Virus record (IMG/VR): IMGVR_UViG_3300037722_000853
Coordinates: 1 to 53,903 of that record
Direction: 5' to 3' (one strand)
Source of the DNA: a virus
Taxonomy: Duplodnaviria > Caudoviricetes
Length of the DNA: 53,903 nucleotides
The position numbers were made by a program, and so were the translations under genes. Below are positions 17,315-26,772 of this stretch, one piece after another. Each line of letters opens with the position of its first letter. The first letter of the stretch is position 1. The notes under the pieces are model-generated. The model saw nothing but the letters and a program-made list of their open reading frames with translations. It did no database searches and was not told where the DNA came from.

Positions 17315-17629
17315 ATGTTCACACCTATCCCGTCCGCCCCCACAGCCAAACGCGCCCGGTCCAGCGGGGCGATGCCACACGGCCGTCTGCCACCTACACC
17401 GGCCTCCGATCAAACGGCCGCAGGTGAGGAAGAGATGACCGCCGCCGGGCGGCATCACCTACAGCTCTACCTGATGACCCAGGAGCGCGCCTGGCTCACC
17501 GGCCGCACCATTTTTGCCATCAGCTGCGGCGGCGCAGTGCAGCTCATACCGGCCGATGAATTCCGGCCCGGCTACGGCGACACCGTTGAGTTTGTCGCCT
17601 GGCCACCCGGCTGGCACTACCGGCCGTGA
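17315..17629 (+). CDS. Hypothetical protein
   Basis: GGAGG RBS before ATG 17315. Confidence 0.55.
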   Translation: MFTPIPSAPTAKRARSSGAMPHGRLPPTPASDQTAAGEEEMTAAGRHHLQLYLMTQERAWLTGRTIFAISCGGAVQLIPADEFRPGYGDTVEFVAWPPGWHYRP

Positions 17630-17640
17630 GGAGTGTTGTG

Positions 17641-17781
17641 ATGTTTCTACAAATCATCGTCGTTTTGCTCATCTGGATGGCCATCAGCATCCCGCTGGCC
17701 ATCGCCGTTGGCAAACGACTAAAGAAAATAAGCGGCCGTTTGCGTTCGCCACGGACAACGAGGCGGGGAGGTGGCGAGTGA
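17641..17781 (+). CDS. Small single-TM protein
   Basis: MFLQIIVVLLIWMAISIPLAIAVGKRLKK...; GAGGAG RBS. Confidence 0.65.
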   Translation: MFLQIIVVLLIWMAISIPLAIAVGKRLKKISGRLRSPRTTRRGGGE

Positions 17782-18395
17782 ACGCATTGGAAATCGAGCG
17801 CGAAGGTGTGAACTTCTGGCTTTTCTCGGACTGGCCTGAGGCTCCAGTTGACTTCTGTATCAAGTTGCCCGAGGTCGAGCGTGTGACTTTTGCACAGATA
17901 GAAAACGCCATGGCCTGGGCCCTCGCCAACAGGGGTGTCCTGGAGGAAATTCTTTTCAATTCGGCATTCGCGCCTGACGAAGAGCGACTGACTGAGATAG
18001 CGAGCGGGTACGCGCCCAGAGATCGCGTTATCGCCCAGCTGGCTCAGGGAATCGTGAACAAACATCGGCGAAACGTGGCCTTCGACCAAGCCCGAGAGAA
18101 ATTGATCCAGAAGAAAACGGGCGGCTTCGTTTACCTTGCCCACGTCGAAACTGGTCATTTCAAAATCGGCCTCAGCGTCGGACCAGTCGAGCGCATTAAG
18201 GTATTTGATACCAAGATGCCGGTCAAGGTCTCGTTGATACACACCATCCGGGCCGACGATATGCACGCGGCCGAAAAGCTACTGCATGAAATGTTTGCCG
18301 ACAAGCGCCATGAGGGTGAGTGGTTCACCCTGGACAGTGGCGACACTGATTACATCTGCTCATTGAGCGCCTACGAAAACGAGCAGTTTCTATGA
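17778..18395 (+). CDS. T5orf172/GIY-YIG family protein
   Basis: GFVYLA...FKIGLS...ERI...AEKLLH.MFADKR..GEWF. Confidence 0.85.
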   Translation: MNALEIEREGVNFWLFSDWPEAPVDFCIKLPEVERVTFAQIENAMAWALANRGVLEEILFNSAFAPDEERLTEIASGYAPRDRVIAQLAQGIVNKHRRNVAFDQAREKLIQKKTGGFVYLAHVETGHFKIGLSVGPVERIKVFDTKMPVKVSLIHTIRADDMHAAEKLLHEMFADKRHEGEWFTLDSGDTDYICSLSAYENEQFL

Positions 18396-19267
18396 ATTTC
18401 ACCCGCACGCCAAACAAGATCCTGGACAAGATACCAGGCATGAAGAAAAACGAGCTGAAATTGACCATGCTGTTAGTCAGACTAACGTTTGGATACATGG
18501 AAAACGGCCGTCACCGAGAAGAGATTCGACTCACTTTTAGGGACATGATGAACGAACTAGATGTGGCCAAGGGAACTGTGAATAGTGCCGTGCAGGATGT
18601 AGAAAAGCGCGGCTTCTTTCGGCGTGGTCGCCGTTCAACGTGGTACCTGAACCCCATTTTCAGCTTGAATACGGTTCAAAAATTAGACCAAAACGGTTCA
18701 GAAATTGAACCAAATTGGGGAAACGGCACAGATGAAACGGTTCAAAAATTAGACCAAAACGGTTCAGAAATTGAACCAAAAAAACTAGACAAAAGTTCAA
18801 TAATTGAACCGTTTCAATTATATAAAGAAAAAAAAGGGGGAGAGGAGAAAGAAGAGACCAACCCCTTCCCCTTCCAGCCACCGCCCAAGGTGGATTTACC
18901 AGAGCACAAATCCCCGGCCGACCAGCGCGTCGAGGCCATCTTGGAGATTTGCGGCCTCAATGCCAGCATCCCGGCGCATATCAACCAGGCCGGCAATGCG
19001 ACCGTGCAGCTCAGAGATTATTCCGCCGGGCAGATCCGGGCCCGCTACGGCCCAGACCCACTCGCCGACGGCAGCTGGCACTGGTACACCGACGACTGGC
19101 GCGGCCAGCGCGGCGACATGCCAACACCGGCCCAGGTGGTAGAGACAATTGCCAAGCGCAAAACGGCCGTCAAACGGACCAGCACAGACAACGGCCGTCA
19201 GGGTAATTCGGCCAGCGCTCGGCTAAGAGCTCAAATCGACGCAATGGAGAACACAGACAATGGCTGA
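18392..19267 (+). CDS. Replication initiator (lambda O/DnaD-like)
   Basis: NFTRTPNKILD plus winged HTH; internal iterons. Confidence 0.85.
   Translation: MNFTRTPNKILDKIPGMKKNELKLTMLLVRLTFGYMENGRHREEIRLTFRDMMNELDVAKGTVNSAVQDVEKRGFFRRGRRSTWYLNPIFSLNTVQKLDQNGSEIEPNWGNGTDETVQKLDQNGSEIEPKKLDKSSIIEPFQLYKEKKGGEEKEETNPFPFQPPPKVDLPEHKSPADQRVEAILEICGLNASIPAHINQAGNATVQLRDYSAGQIRARYGPDPLADGSWHWYTDDWRGQRGDMPTPAQVVETIAKRKTAVKRTSTDNGRQGNSASARLRAQIDAMENTDNG
18671..18835. other. Replication origin (iterons plus AT-rich tract)
   Basis: 44-bp direct repeat at 18671-18714 and 18737-18780, each made of two 22-bp GGTTCA-N5-T(G/A)(A/G)ACC units; fifth unit near 18794; A-rich tract follows. Confidence 0.85.
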
Positions 19268-19829
19268 CATCACGATTTTGCAATGCCTGACACTGCTGAC
19301 CGACAACTGGCCCAAAGAGCCTTTTGACGAGGCCCGGCAGCGTATCTATGAGCTGACACTGGCCGACATTGATCCGGAGCTGCTCAAAGCGGCCGTCCTG
19401 GCCTGCATCGCCACCCGAACCTGGTTCCCTCAGCCGGCCGAAATTCGCCAGCAGGCGGCCGACCTGGTGCAGCGGGCCACCGGCCAGAAAAACGCTTACG
19501 ACGCCTGGGGCGAGCTGGTCAAATCTCTGGGCCGGGGCTACTCCATCTACCGGCAGCCGCCAATGGACGAGCTCACACGGCAGGCGCTTGATGGTATTGG
19601 CGGCTGGCGCTGGTTTTGCAACTCGGACAACCCGACCGCCGACCGCGCCCGCTTTGTCCAGGCATACGAGCAGCTGCTGGCGCGCCAGGCCAACGACATC
19701 ATGATGCTGCCCAGCGTGGCCGATTATGTACAGCAGCTCGCCGCGCCTAACGGGACACAAACGGCCGTGCGCGAGCTGGCCGCAAAGCTGGGCATGAGAG
19801 CGGCGCTGGTGGGTGGCCATGCCGCATGA
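19260..19829 (+). CDS. Helicase loader/inhibitor (G39P-like)
   Basis: LADID...WFPQPAEIR, AYDAWGE, DRARFVQAY; follows the initiator. Confidence 0.75.
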   Translation: MADITILQCLTLLTDNWPKEPFDEARQRIYELTLADIDPELLKAAVLACIATRTWFPQPAEIRQQAADLVQRATGQKNAYDAWGELVKSLGRGYSIYRQPPMDELTRQALDGIGGWRWFCNSDNPTADRARFVQAYEQLLARQANDIMMLPSVADYVQQLAAPNGTQTAVRELAAKLGMRAALVGGHAA

Positions 19830-20248
19830 GACCCCCCCCCTACCTCCACCGCTGCATCGCCGAGCAGATGCGCCTGGAGCTGGAGGCCCGTCGGCTGGAA
19901 GTCGTCCTTATCCCCTCGCCAGTGGAATTCTGGCCAACGGACCGGCAGCGGCGGGTGGTGTGCGAGCGCAATCCGGGCTGGTATCGGCAACTGTGCCGAC
20001 AGCATCCCAGCCGCCGGTCACGGCCGCGCCGCCGTCAGAAGCCAGACACCTGCATCAAACGGCGGCACGTGCTGCGGGCCCTGGGGGAAATCGAAGACGG
20101 CCGGCTCGACACAGAGTACGCCCGGCTCGACACAGAGTACGCCCGGCGGGTTTATCCGTTTGTGGAAAAGGCAGCAGAGCAGTATGTGGCCACGTTTACG
20201 CGCAAACGTGGCCAGCCGGGTCAGCAGGAGCAGGCTTATGCTGACTGA
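19826..20248 (+). CDS. Hypothetical protein with a 21-bp tandem duplication
   Basis: RLDTEYA twice; ATGA overlap. Confidence 0.6.
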   Translation: MRPPPYLHRCIAEQMRLELEARRLEVVLIPSPVEFWPTDRQRRVVCERNPGWYRQLCRQHPSRRSRPRRRQKPDTCIKRRHVLRALGEIEDGRLDTEYARLDTEYARRVYPFVEKAAEQYVATFTRKRGQPGQQEQAYAD

Positions 20249-20471
20249 TTATGACCTGGTCCAGGAACTGCCCGGCCAGAAGCTGCACCTGGTCCCAGAC
20301 ACAAACGGCCGTATCACCGATACCGCCATCTGCGGCCGGCGCAATCACAAACGCGGTGCCTGGCAGCGGTCTTTGATGATTGACCTGGATTTTTACTGTA
20401 TCTGCCGCAACTGCCTGAGAGTGAAGGCGGCGCGGCAAAAAAAGGAGCAACAGCATGAACATGGCAGCTAA
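20238..20471 (+). CDS. Small His/Cys protein
   Basis: H...AICG...CRNC; AGGAG RBS. Confidence 0.55.
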   Translation: MLTDYDLVQELPGQKLHLVPDTNGRITDTAICGRRNHKRGAWQRSLMIDLDFYCICRNCLRVKAARQKKEQQHEHGS

Positions 20472-21369
20472 TCCCTTCCCCAACAGCACCGCCGCCGCGC
20501 CGCGTGACTTGCGCAGCGTGGCTCGGGCAGTCAAGACTCACGAGGTCGATCCGGCCATCGCTGCCGACTTCAAGGCCCAGCTGTCCCAACTGCCCCCGCG
20601 CATACGGCCGCTGCTGCGTGACGAAAAAGTGACTGTTGTAGGCCAGCCACGCAAGGCCGCACCAGAGCAGCCGGCAGCAGAGGCAACAAAAGGAGCAACA
20701 ATGGAACCTGAAACTAAAAACTTAAACGAACTGCAAGCGCGCAGCCAGAACGGGCAAACGGCCCCCACCGTCGTGGGGGCGCCCGCCACCAGTCGCAAGG
20801 TCACGAAACTGGCCATCGACCCGGCCGAAACCTACCCCGCCAGCGCCATCGAGGCCGTCAGAAATGAGGCAGCCAAAAACGGCCGTCGCAATCTGCGCAA
20901 CATCCTGACCGATGACGTGCTGGCCATCTGGCACGCGTGGAATAACAGCGGCAAAACAATGAACTGGATTGCCGAACACAACAGCCTGCTGGAGCTGAAT
21001 AGCTCGCAGGTGGGTAAATATCTGCGCAAATACCGCGAGGGGTTGGAGGCGGCGGAGCGGCCGACGCCAATGCCCCCCCCAGCGCCCATCGAGGAGCCGG
21101 CAGCAACGGCCGTTCCCGACGCAGATCCGGAGCCAGCCACCGAACCTGGGCCACTGCCCAAACCGGAGATCGAAGCGCTACAAACGGCCGTTGAGCCGTT
21201 TGCAGCTGAGCGGCCCGAGAATCTACCGTCGTTTTTCGACCGCGATTACCGGCCGCAGCGCCCCGGCCCCGGCGATGCCCTGGCCGCGCTGGCGGCACTG
21301 GTCAGCAGCGAGCAAATCAAAGTGCGCGGCAGCGTCGAGATGAATTTACGAATCGAGTTCGGAGACTGA
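20455..21369 (+). CDS. Hypothetical protein (possible HTH; second in-frame start at 20701)
   Basis: AAAGGAGCAAC before both ATG 20455 and ATG 20701. Confidence 0.65.
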   Translation: MNMAANPFPNSTAAAPRDLRSVARAVKTHEVDPAIAADFKAQLSQLPPRIRPLLRDEKVTVVGQPRKAAPEQPAAEATKGATMEPETKNLNELQARSQNGQTAPTVVGAPATSRKVTKLAIDPAETYPASAIEAVRNEAAKNGRRNLRNILTDDVLAIWHAWNNSGKTMNWIAEHNSLLELNSSQVGKYLRKYREGLEAAERPTPMPPPAPIEEPAATAVPDADPEPATEPGPLPKPEIEALQTAVEPFAAERPENLPSFFDRDYRPQRPGPGDALAALAALVSSEQIKVRGSVEMNLRIEFGD

Positions 21370-21373
21370 TGCC

Positions 21374-22111
21374 ATGAGCAACGTATCCATGGCACCCTGG
21401 CAGGTCAAGGCCGCCCGGCGCGCCGTCGCCGGCGGCGAATCCGTCAAATCGGTAGCCCGCCGTCTGCGTCTGAATTATGGCCCGGTTTATACGGCCGTTC
21501 GTGGCCAGACCTGGCAGTCAATTACCGACCCACCGCCCGTCCGTGACGGCGTGACGAGTCTGCCCCGCAAACGACCGCTGCACATCTGCCAGAATTGCGG
21601 CATCGAATATAGAACTGGCGGCACTACCACTCGCTGCAATGCCTGCTATTCACACTGGTGGAAATATGGCACGGAACGCGATCCGGACACGGTTCACAAA
21701 CACCTGCACGCCCGCCTGAGCCGCACCGAACTGCGCCGCCTCTGGCAACAATACCAGAGCGGTTTATCCATCGAGGCGCTGGCTGACAATCTGCCGTTTT
21801 CGGCCGAAACTCTAAGGCGGCGTTTTATTGATGCCGGTTTCTGCCTGCGCGGCAACGCTGGCACCAGGCAGAAATTAACGCCCTCGCTGGTGTGCTGGGC
21901 GCGGGAACGGGTCCATCTGGATGGCGTGCCGGTCTACGAGGTGGCGAAGGAAATCGGCGTGCATTACATGACAACCTACACGGCCGTTATGGGCCACAGC
22001 TGGCGCGCCGCCGGTGGGCCGCTGCCAGGCGCGGCTGTCGAGAAGCGGCCGTGCCGCGTTTGCGGGATGCTGACGGGGCACAAGGGCGGCCGGTGCCGCT
22101 ACTGCCGTTGA
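21374..22111 (+). CDS. Multi-HTH/zinc-finger DNA-binding protein
   Basis: Three HTH-like repeats (SVKSVARRL, SIEALADNL, VYEVAKEIGV) and CxxC pairs. Confidence 0.7.
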   Translation: MSNVSMAPWQVKAARRAVAGGESVKSVARRLRLNYGPVYTAVRGQTWQSITDPPPVRDGVTSLPRKRPLHICQNCGIEYRTGGTTTRCNACYSHWWKYGTERDPDTVHKHLHARLSRTELRRLWQQYQSGLSIEALADNLPFSAETLRRRFIDAGFCLRGNAGTRQKLTPSLVCWARERVHLDGVPVYEVAKEIGVHYMTTYTAVMGHSWRAAGGPLPGAAVEKRPCRVCGMLTGHKGGRCRYCR

Positions 22112-22211
22112 AATTTGTAATCAAAAAGAGCTGGCCGTATGCGCGGCCAGCTCGCCGGGAAAGGAGCAACCCAAACCCGGATTTAGCAATTGTAGCAAAA
22201 GGAGCAACATC

Positions 22212-22622
22212 ATGAAAAACATCTTATCCACTGTATTACTCGTTCTATTGGCCCTCGTCGCCGCCGATCTCTTCCTCAACGACGGCCGCGCCCTGGCCAG
22301 GCTGGCCAACAGTGCCGGCGAGGCAACGGCCGTCATTGATACGGCCGTCCAAAACCAGAACCTGCAAAATACAATCATCCAGGTTGTGGTCACGGCCACA
22401 ACCGAACGGATACCAGCCGCGGCCAGCGCCACAGCGCCGCCTGCGGCAACCCCCACCTCGCCGCCGACCAATTTCAACGCCACAGCTACGGTATTTTTTA
22501 CGCCGCCAACGGCAACCTACAGTCCGGTGTTGATCGCCATCCCTTTGGCCACGCCAAGAATTGGCTGTCAAGGCGGCCGCAGCTGCCCGCGGCCGACGGC
22601 AACGGCCGCACCAGGACGGTGA
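22212..22622 (+). CDS. Membrane-anchored Pro/Thr-rich protein
   Basis: N-terminal hydrophobic helix, PT-rich body. Confidence 0.7.
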   Translation: MKNILSTVLLVLLALVAADLFLNDGRALARLANSAGEATAVIDTAVQNQNLQNTIIQVVVTATTERIPAAASATAPPAATPTSPPTNFNATATVFFTPPTATYSPVLIAIPLATPRIGCQGGRSCPRPTATAAPGR

Positions 22623-22625
22623 GCC

Positions 22626-22775
22626 ATGCTTCGCGGATTACTACTCATCCTGTTTTTAATGATTGGTGTGCTGGTCCTGGTATCGCCGGATCAGATCGTT
22701 ATTGATGCCGTGTTCACGTTCCTTCCCGCTCTGGGTTTGATCGCGCTAGGGCTCGCTGTGATGGCCAGGAGGTAG
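22626..22775 (+). CDS. Small two-TM protein
   Basis: MLRGLLLILFLMIGVLVLVSPDQIVIDAVFTFLPALGLIALGLAVMARR. Confidence 0.65.
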   Translation: MLRGLLLILFLMIGVLVLVSPDQIVIDAVFTFLPALGLIALGLAVMARR

Positions 22776-22778
22776 GGT

Positions 22779-23897
22779 ATGGACGAAGCAGAGAAAATCA
22801 AAAAGCTAAAAGAGGCTGAAAGAGCGGGTGGTGGCGGCGGGTGCCGGATCGTCTTCATTTTGTTTGGACTGTTAGCCATGGGCGCGGGCTTTTATGTCAT
22901 CTTTTTCGTGGAAGGCAGACCGTCTGCGATTGCGACTGTTTCAGAGACGGCTCTGTTTGTGTCAGAAACGGCCGTTTCGACATCGGCCACGCCTACGCTG
23001 GCACCGACAGCGACTGCGACAGCATCGCCCACGCCGCTGCCTACAGACACGGCAACGGCCGTAGCAACGCGCACGCCGCTGCCAACACAGACGCCCTATC
23101 CAACTTACACGCCCTACCCGTCGGCCACGTGGACGCCACAGGCCACCCTCACACCACAGCCGACGTGGACGGCCGAACCAACCCATACGGCCCAGCCTAC
23201 ATATACGCCGTTTCCCACAGATGTGCCATTCCTGGCCCCGCTGGCCATCGAAGCGGATCCGCCAGATGGCCCCGGCCCCCTGCCCTCCTGGCTGCCGTGG
23301 TTGGTTGGTAGCCTGATTCTATTGCTGCTGACGGCCATGCTTGTACTGGCGTATGTCTCCCACCAAATGCGGGCGTCTCCCCCACCCACCCCTGTTGTGG
23401 CCATTCCTGAAGGTGGCATTCCCATCGATGGCACCTACGGCCGTATGATGCCCCCGCCCTCCGGGCCGCCGCGCACAATGAAACCCCTACCCGTTGAGGA
23501 AAAGCGGTTCAGAGGAGTTGAACCACCGGTTCAACCGGTTGAACCCGCTTCTGAACCAGTTCAGGCGGTTCAGGCACAAGCGGGGCAGGGGATACAGATA
23601 GACCTGCCATTGCCGAAGGATCGGCCGCCGACATCGGCTGAAGCGGCCTACATCGTCCAGCGGTATGAGGAGCTGGGCAGCTATACGGCCGTTTGTCGAG
23701 ACGTGTACGGCAGCAAGGGTGGGGTGACTTTCAAGTATGTGAAACGGGCCATCGACGGCCGTTATTCAAATCAAACCGAAAGCGAGGTAAATCATGACCC
23801 AGCAAAGAATCGTCCTGAACCAACCCAAGCCACAGAGCGCCGCAGCCGTCGTCCTATCCCCGTCATCGGCCGGCGCGGTGGTAGCGTCCTCAACTAG
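22779..23897 (+). CDS. Two-TM protein with PT(Y/W)T repeat loop and C-terminal HTH-like region
   Basis: TPYPTYTPYP repeats between TMs; GSYTAVCRDVYGSKGG. Confidence 0.7.
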   Translation: MDEAEKIKKLKEAERAGGGGGCRIVFILFGLLAMGAGFYVIFFVEGRPSAIATVSETALFVSETAVSTSATPTLAPTATATASPTPLPTDTATAVATRTPLPTQTPYPTYTPYPSATWTPQATLTPQPTWTAEPTHTAQPTYTPFPTDVPFLAPLAIEADPPDGPGPLPSWLPWLVGSLILLLLTAMLVLAYVSHQMRASPPPTPVVAIPEGGIPIDGTYGRMMPPPSGPPRTMKPLPVEEKRFRGVEPPVQPVEPASEPVQAVQAQAGQGIQIDLPLPKDRPPTSAEAAYIVQRYEELGSYTAVCRDVYGSKGGVTFKYVKRAIDGRYSNQTESEVNHDPAKNRPEPTQATERRSRRPIPVIGRRGGSVLN

Positions 23898-24393
23898 CCA
23901 GCCCAAACCTGGGCAAATTCCAACGACGTGGCCATTCAACTGCGTCGTTTCCACCAGCCAGGTGGTGACAATCCCGGCACCGGTCTACTTTGGCCAAAGC
24001 TCGCCCCTGGCTGAGTTGGCCGGTTATCTGGCTATCGGCCGTACCTATCACGAGCTGGCCCGCTTTGCGTTCGTGGAGATGGTGCAGCTGGGTTACTACG
24101 CTTACGAGCGGCGCACTGAATGGCGCACGTGCGCCCTGGCGGCCGCTTACGCCGGTGCATTTGGGCCGCAGGCAGTGGAACGGCCGGAGTTTTCTTACAG
24201 TGAGGCCATTTGGCGATTGAGCAAACAGGTTGGCTATAACCTGGACCAGTTGTACGTCGTTGGCCCTACTGGCCGATTTTCGGCCGTGTGTGATGAAATG
24301 GTGCTGCTGACAGACGCCAATTACTGGACCCGCCGGGGTGTAGCCGAGTGGCTGCCGACGGCGGCGCTGGTGCAGGGGAAGGTGATGTCATGA
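23794..24393 (+). CDS. Hypothetical protein
   Basis: GAGGT RBS; TCALAAAY motif. Confidence 0.55.
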   Translation: MTQQRIVLNQPKPQSAAAVVLSPSSAGAVVASSTSQPKPGQIPTTWPFNCVVSTSQVVTIPAPVYFGQSSPLAELAGYLAIGRTYHELARFAFVEMVQLGYYAYERRTEWRTCALAAAYAGAFGPQAVERPEFSYSEAIWRLSKQVGYNLDQLYVVGPTGRFSAVCDEMVLLTDANYWTRRGVAEWLPTAALVQGKVMS

Positions 24394-24644
24394 GCGAGGA
24401 GAAAACCGAGCAGCAAAAATGCGCTGAGGCGCTTGCCCGCTACTTCGAGGAGTCTGACGAGGTGAAGGCTGCGCATTTACTTTATAAAGACCCTCGGACT
24501 TTGAGGCCCGATATTAACAAATTCCAGTTCTACCTCATTGCTATGACAGCAAGAAATGGCCACGACGGCAAGGATGCTAATGGCGATCTAGGTTGGGCAA
24601 TCAAGTTGAAGGAACAGCCCGAAACGGCCGTATCAAAGGAGTAA
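24390..24644 (+). CDS. Hypothetical protein
   Basis: ATGA overlap. Confidence 0.55.
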   Translation: MSEEKTEQQKCAEALARYFEESDEVKAAHLLYKDPRTLRPDINKFQFYLIAMTARNGHDGKDANGDLGWAIKLKEQPETAVSKE

Positions 24645-24648
24645 TCAC

Positions 24649-25653
24649 ATGAACTTTGGAATCGACTTAGGATTTGGCAACATCAAACTGTACGGCCCAG
24701 ACGGCGGCATCGTCCTGCCCAGCCACGTGGCCACGGCCGGAAACGCCACCGTCGCCGACCTGGCGGGCATGGCCAGCGAAGCCGCCCCGCTGCAAATCAC
24801 GCAGCTGGACCGCAGCTACTACGTTGGGGCCCGTGCCCACAGCTGGGGGCGGCCGGTGGAGAATCTGGACTATGACCGGCTCACCGGCAGCCCAGAGATT
24901 CACGCGCTGCTGGCCGGGGCATTCACCCGCTACATGGAGGCATACGGCCGTATCGATACGGCCGTCACTCTCTTCGTCGGCCTGCCCCTGGAGCCGCTGT
25001 CTGGTGACCCGGCCGACGTGCAGGCCACGGTTGCCGCCGCCCGCGCCTGGCTGACTGGCGTCCACAACTGGCGCGCCGATGGCGGCGCTGGTAGCGCACA
25101 TTACACCGTAGACGTGCGCGAGGTCAAAATCACCAGCCAGCCATCCGGCGCGCTGTTTGATTACCTCCTCGATGACAACGGCCGTTTCCATCCAGAGCGC
25201 GCCGCCCACATGAAACAAGAGGTCGGCATAGTCAGTGTTGGCTTCAACACCGTCGAGCGCCTGGCCGTCGTCAACGGTGCGCCGGTGCAGCGTTTCACGG
25301 CCGGGTCCACCTCTGGGGTACGCCGTTTACTGGAGCTGATGAACGACAAGGGGTTGTATTCCCTGGGTGAGCTGGATGGCCTGCTGCGCGCCGGCGCGCT
25401 CGACACCGCCCAGCTGCGCGGCCCGCTCGATGTCTGGAGCCGCGAGGTCAATGGCGAAATCGAGCGCACCTGGGGCAAACAGTGGCAGCGCTTTGCCCAC
25501 ATCGTCCTGGTCGGCGGTGGGGCGATGCTGCTCAACGGCCGTCTGCTGCCCAAATTCGCCGGCCTGGCCTCGATGCCCGATGACCCGATCCTGGCCATCG
25601 CCCGCGGCCTGTACAAACTGGCGCTGCTGCAAGCGAGCCAGGGGAAGCGGTAG
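24649..25653 (+). CDS. ParM/StbA-family actin-like ATPase
   Basis: GIDLGFGNIK, VGLP, SQPSGA, SVGFNTVE, LVGGGA, ARGLYK actin-fold motifs. Confidence 0.88.
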   Translation: MNFGIDLGFGNIKLYGPDGGIVLPSHVATAGNATVADLAGMASEAAPLQITQLDRSYYVGARAHSWGRPVENLDYDRLTGSPEIHALLAGAFTRYMEAYGRIDTAVTLFVGLPLEPLSGDPADVQATVAAARAWLTGVHNWRADGGAGSAHYTVDVREVKITSQPSGALFDYLLDDNGRFHPERAAHMKQEVGIVSVGFNTVERLAVVNGAPVQRFTAGSTSGVRRLLELMNDKGLYSLGELDGLLRAGALDTAQLRGPLDVWSREVNGEIERTWGKQWQRFAHIVLVGGGAMLLNGRLLPKFAGLASMPDDPILAIARGLYKLALLQASQGKR

Positions 25654-25655
25654 TT

Positions 25656-25877
25656 ATGGCCCGGCCGTACTTCGATGGCGAAATCTACCGCTACCGGGTG
25701 ACCCTCTGCCTGCGCGAAGGCGAGCACGACGACCTGATCGCCGCCATGCAGCAGGCCGAGCCGGGCAGTCGGGCGGCCACGGTGATCACCATGATGCGCC
25801 AGGGTGTGCGGGAAACGGCCGTCTCAACCATCGACGAGGCAGCGGCAGCGGACGCCCTGGAGAATCTATTTTTTTAG
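25656..25877 (+). CDS. Small ParR-like partner
   Basis: Immediately after ParM; beta-helix-helix pattern, acidic/hydrophobic tail DALENLFF. Confidence 0.6.
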   Translation: MARPYFDGEIYRYRVTLCLREGEHDDLIAAMQQAEPGSRAATVITMMRQGVRETAVSTIDEAAAADALENLFF

Positions 25878-25942
25878 CAATTACATGGCGCAAATAATCC
25901 AGGCCGGGTTATTTGGCGCAAATAACTAATGAGGTAAACATT

Positions 25943-26500
25943 ATGCAAAGCAACAATTTCTTTCAAATCATCTGGGCCTTAGATCATTTCCTGGTCCTGG
26001 ACACCGAAACCACCGGCCTGGGCAGCCGTGATGAAATTGTCCAGCTGGCCATCGTCAACAAAGCGGGCCAAGTACTGTTCGACAGTCTCATCAAACCCAC
26101 CTGCGCCATCTCCCCCGGCGCGGCGGCCGTCCACGGTATCAGCAACCTCATGCTCGAACACGCCCCCACCATCCTGGACGTACACCAGCAGCTGCACCAG
26201 CTGCTCGACAGCCAGGATATCGTGGTCTACAACGCCCCCTTCGACCGGCCGAAGCTGGCCCGTACCTGCCTGGCCCGCGAAGCTGGCGACCTGTCCACCC
26301 TCGGTCGCTGGCACGACGCCATGCAGCCCTACGCCGAACACTGGGGAGCCTGGTCGAATTGGCACCAAAGCTACACCTGGCAGTCACTAACCAACGCCTG
26401 CGCCCAGCAGGGCATCGAGGTGAGGGAGGATGCGCATTCGGCCGTGGCTGACTGCCTGATGACATTGGCTTTAATTGAGAAATTGGCGACGGCTGAGTAA
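25943..26500 (+). CDS. DEDDh 3'-5' exonuclease (DnaQ-like)
   Basis: LDTETTG, YNAPFD, AHSAVAD. Confidence 0.92.
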   Translation: MQSNNFFQIIWALDHFLVLDTETTGLGSRDEIVQLAIVNKAGQVLFDSLIKPTCAISPGAAAVHGISNLMLEHAPTILDVHQQLHQLLDSQDIVVYNAPFDRPKLARTCLAREAGDLSTLGRWHDAMQPYAEHWGAWSNWHQSYTWQSLTNACAQQGIEVREDAHSAVADCLMTLALIEKLATAE

Positions 26501-26535
26501 ACGGCCGTTTGCGCGCAAACCATAGGAGAAACCTC

Positions 26536-26772
26536 ATGGAAGAAAAACCTTTTGAAATCTTAACCGCCGCCCTGATCGGCACCAACCAGGACATCACCGA
26601 GGCGCTGCTGATGAACGATTTAGTAATCGACATAGCCGAGGCCGAACAACTGCTGGAGGACGGCGGTTTCGGCCGCTGCCCCGGCTGCGGCTTCTGGTCC
26701 TACATTACCGACGAATATTGCGTTGATTGCGAGGATGAGATGTCATTGCTGGATTTAATGGAGAAATCATGA
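26536..26772 (+). CDS. Small zinc-ribbon protein
   Basis: CPGCGFW...CVDC; AGGAG RBS. Confidence 0.65.
   Translation: MEEKPFEILTAALIGTNQDITEALLMNDLVIDIAEAEQLLEDGGFGRCPGCGFWSYITDEYCVDCEDEMSLLDLMEKS

Noticed and set aside
17778-18395. Intron-encoded homing endonuclease
   Set aside because: Free-standing, translationally coupled T5orf172-type gene with no interrupted host gene
18671-18780. CRISPR-like repeat-spacer-repeat
   Set aside because: Lies within the initiator gene and resolves into 22-bp iterons; no cas genes
20101-20147. 21-bp tandem repeat as a regulatory array
   Set aside because: Simple in-frame duplication (RLDTEYA twice)
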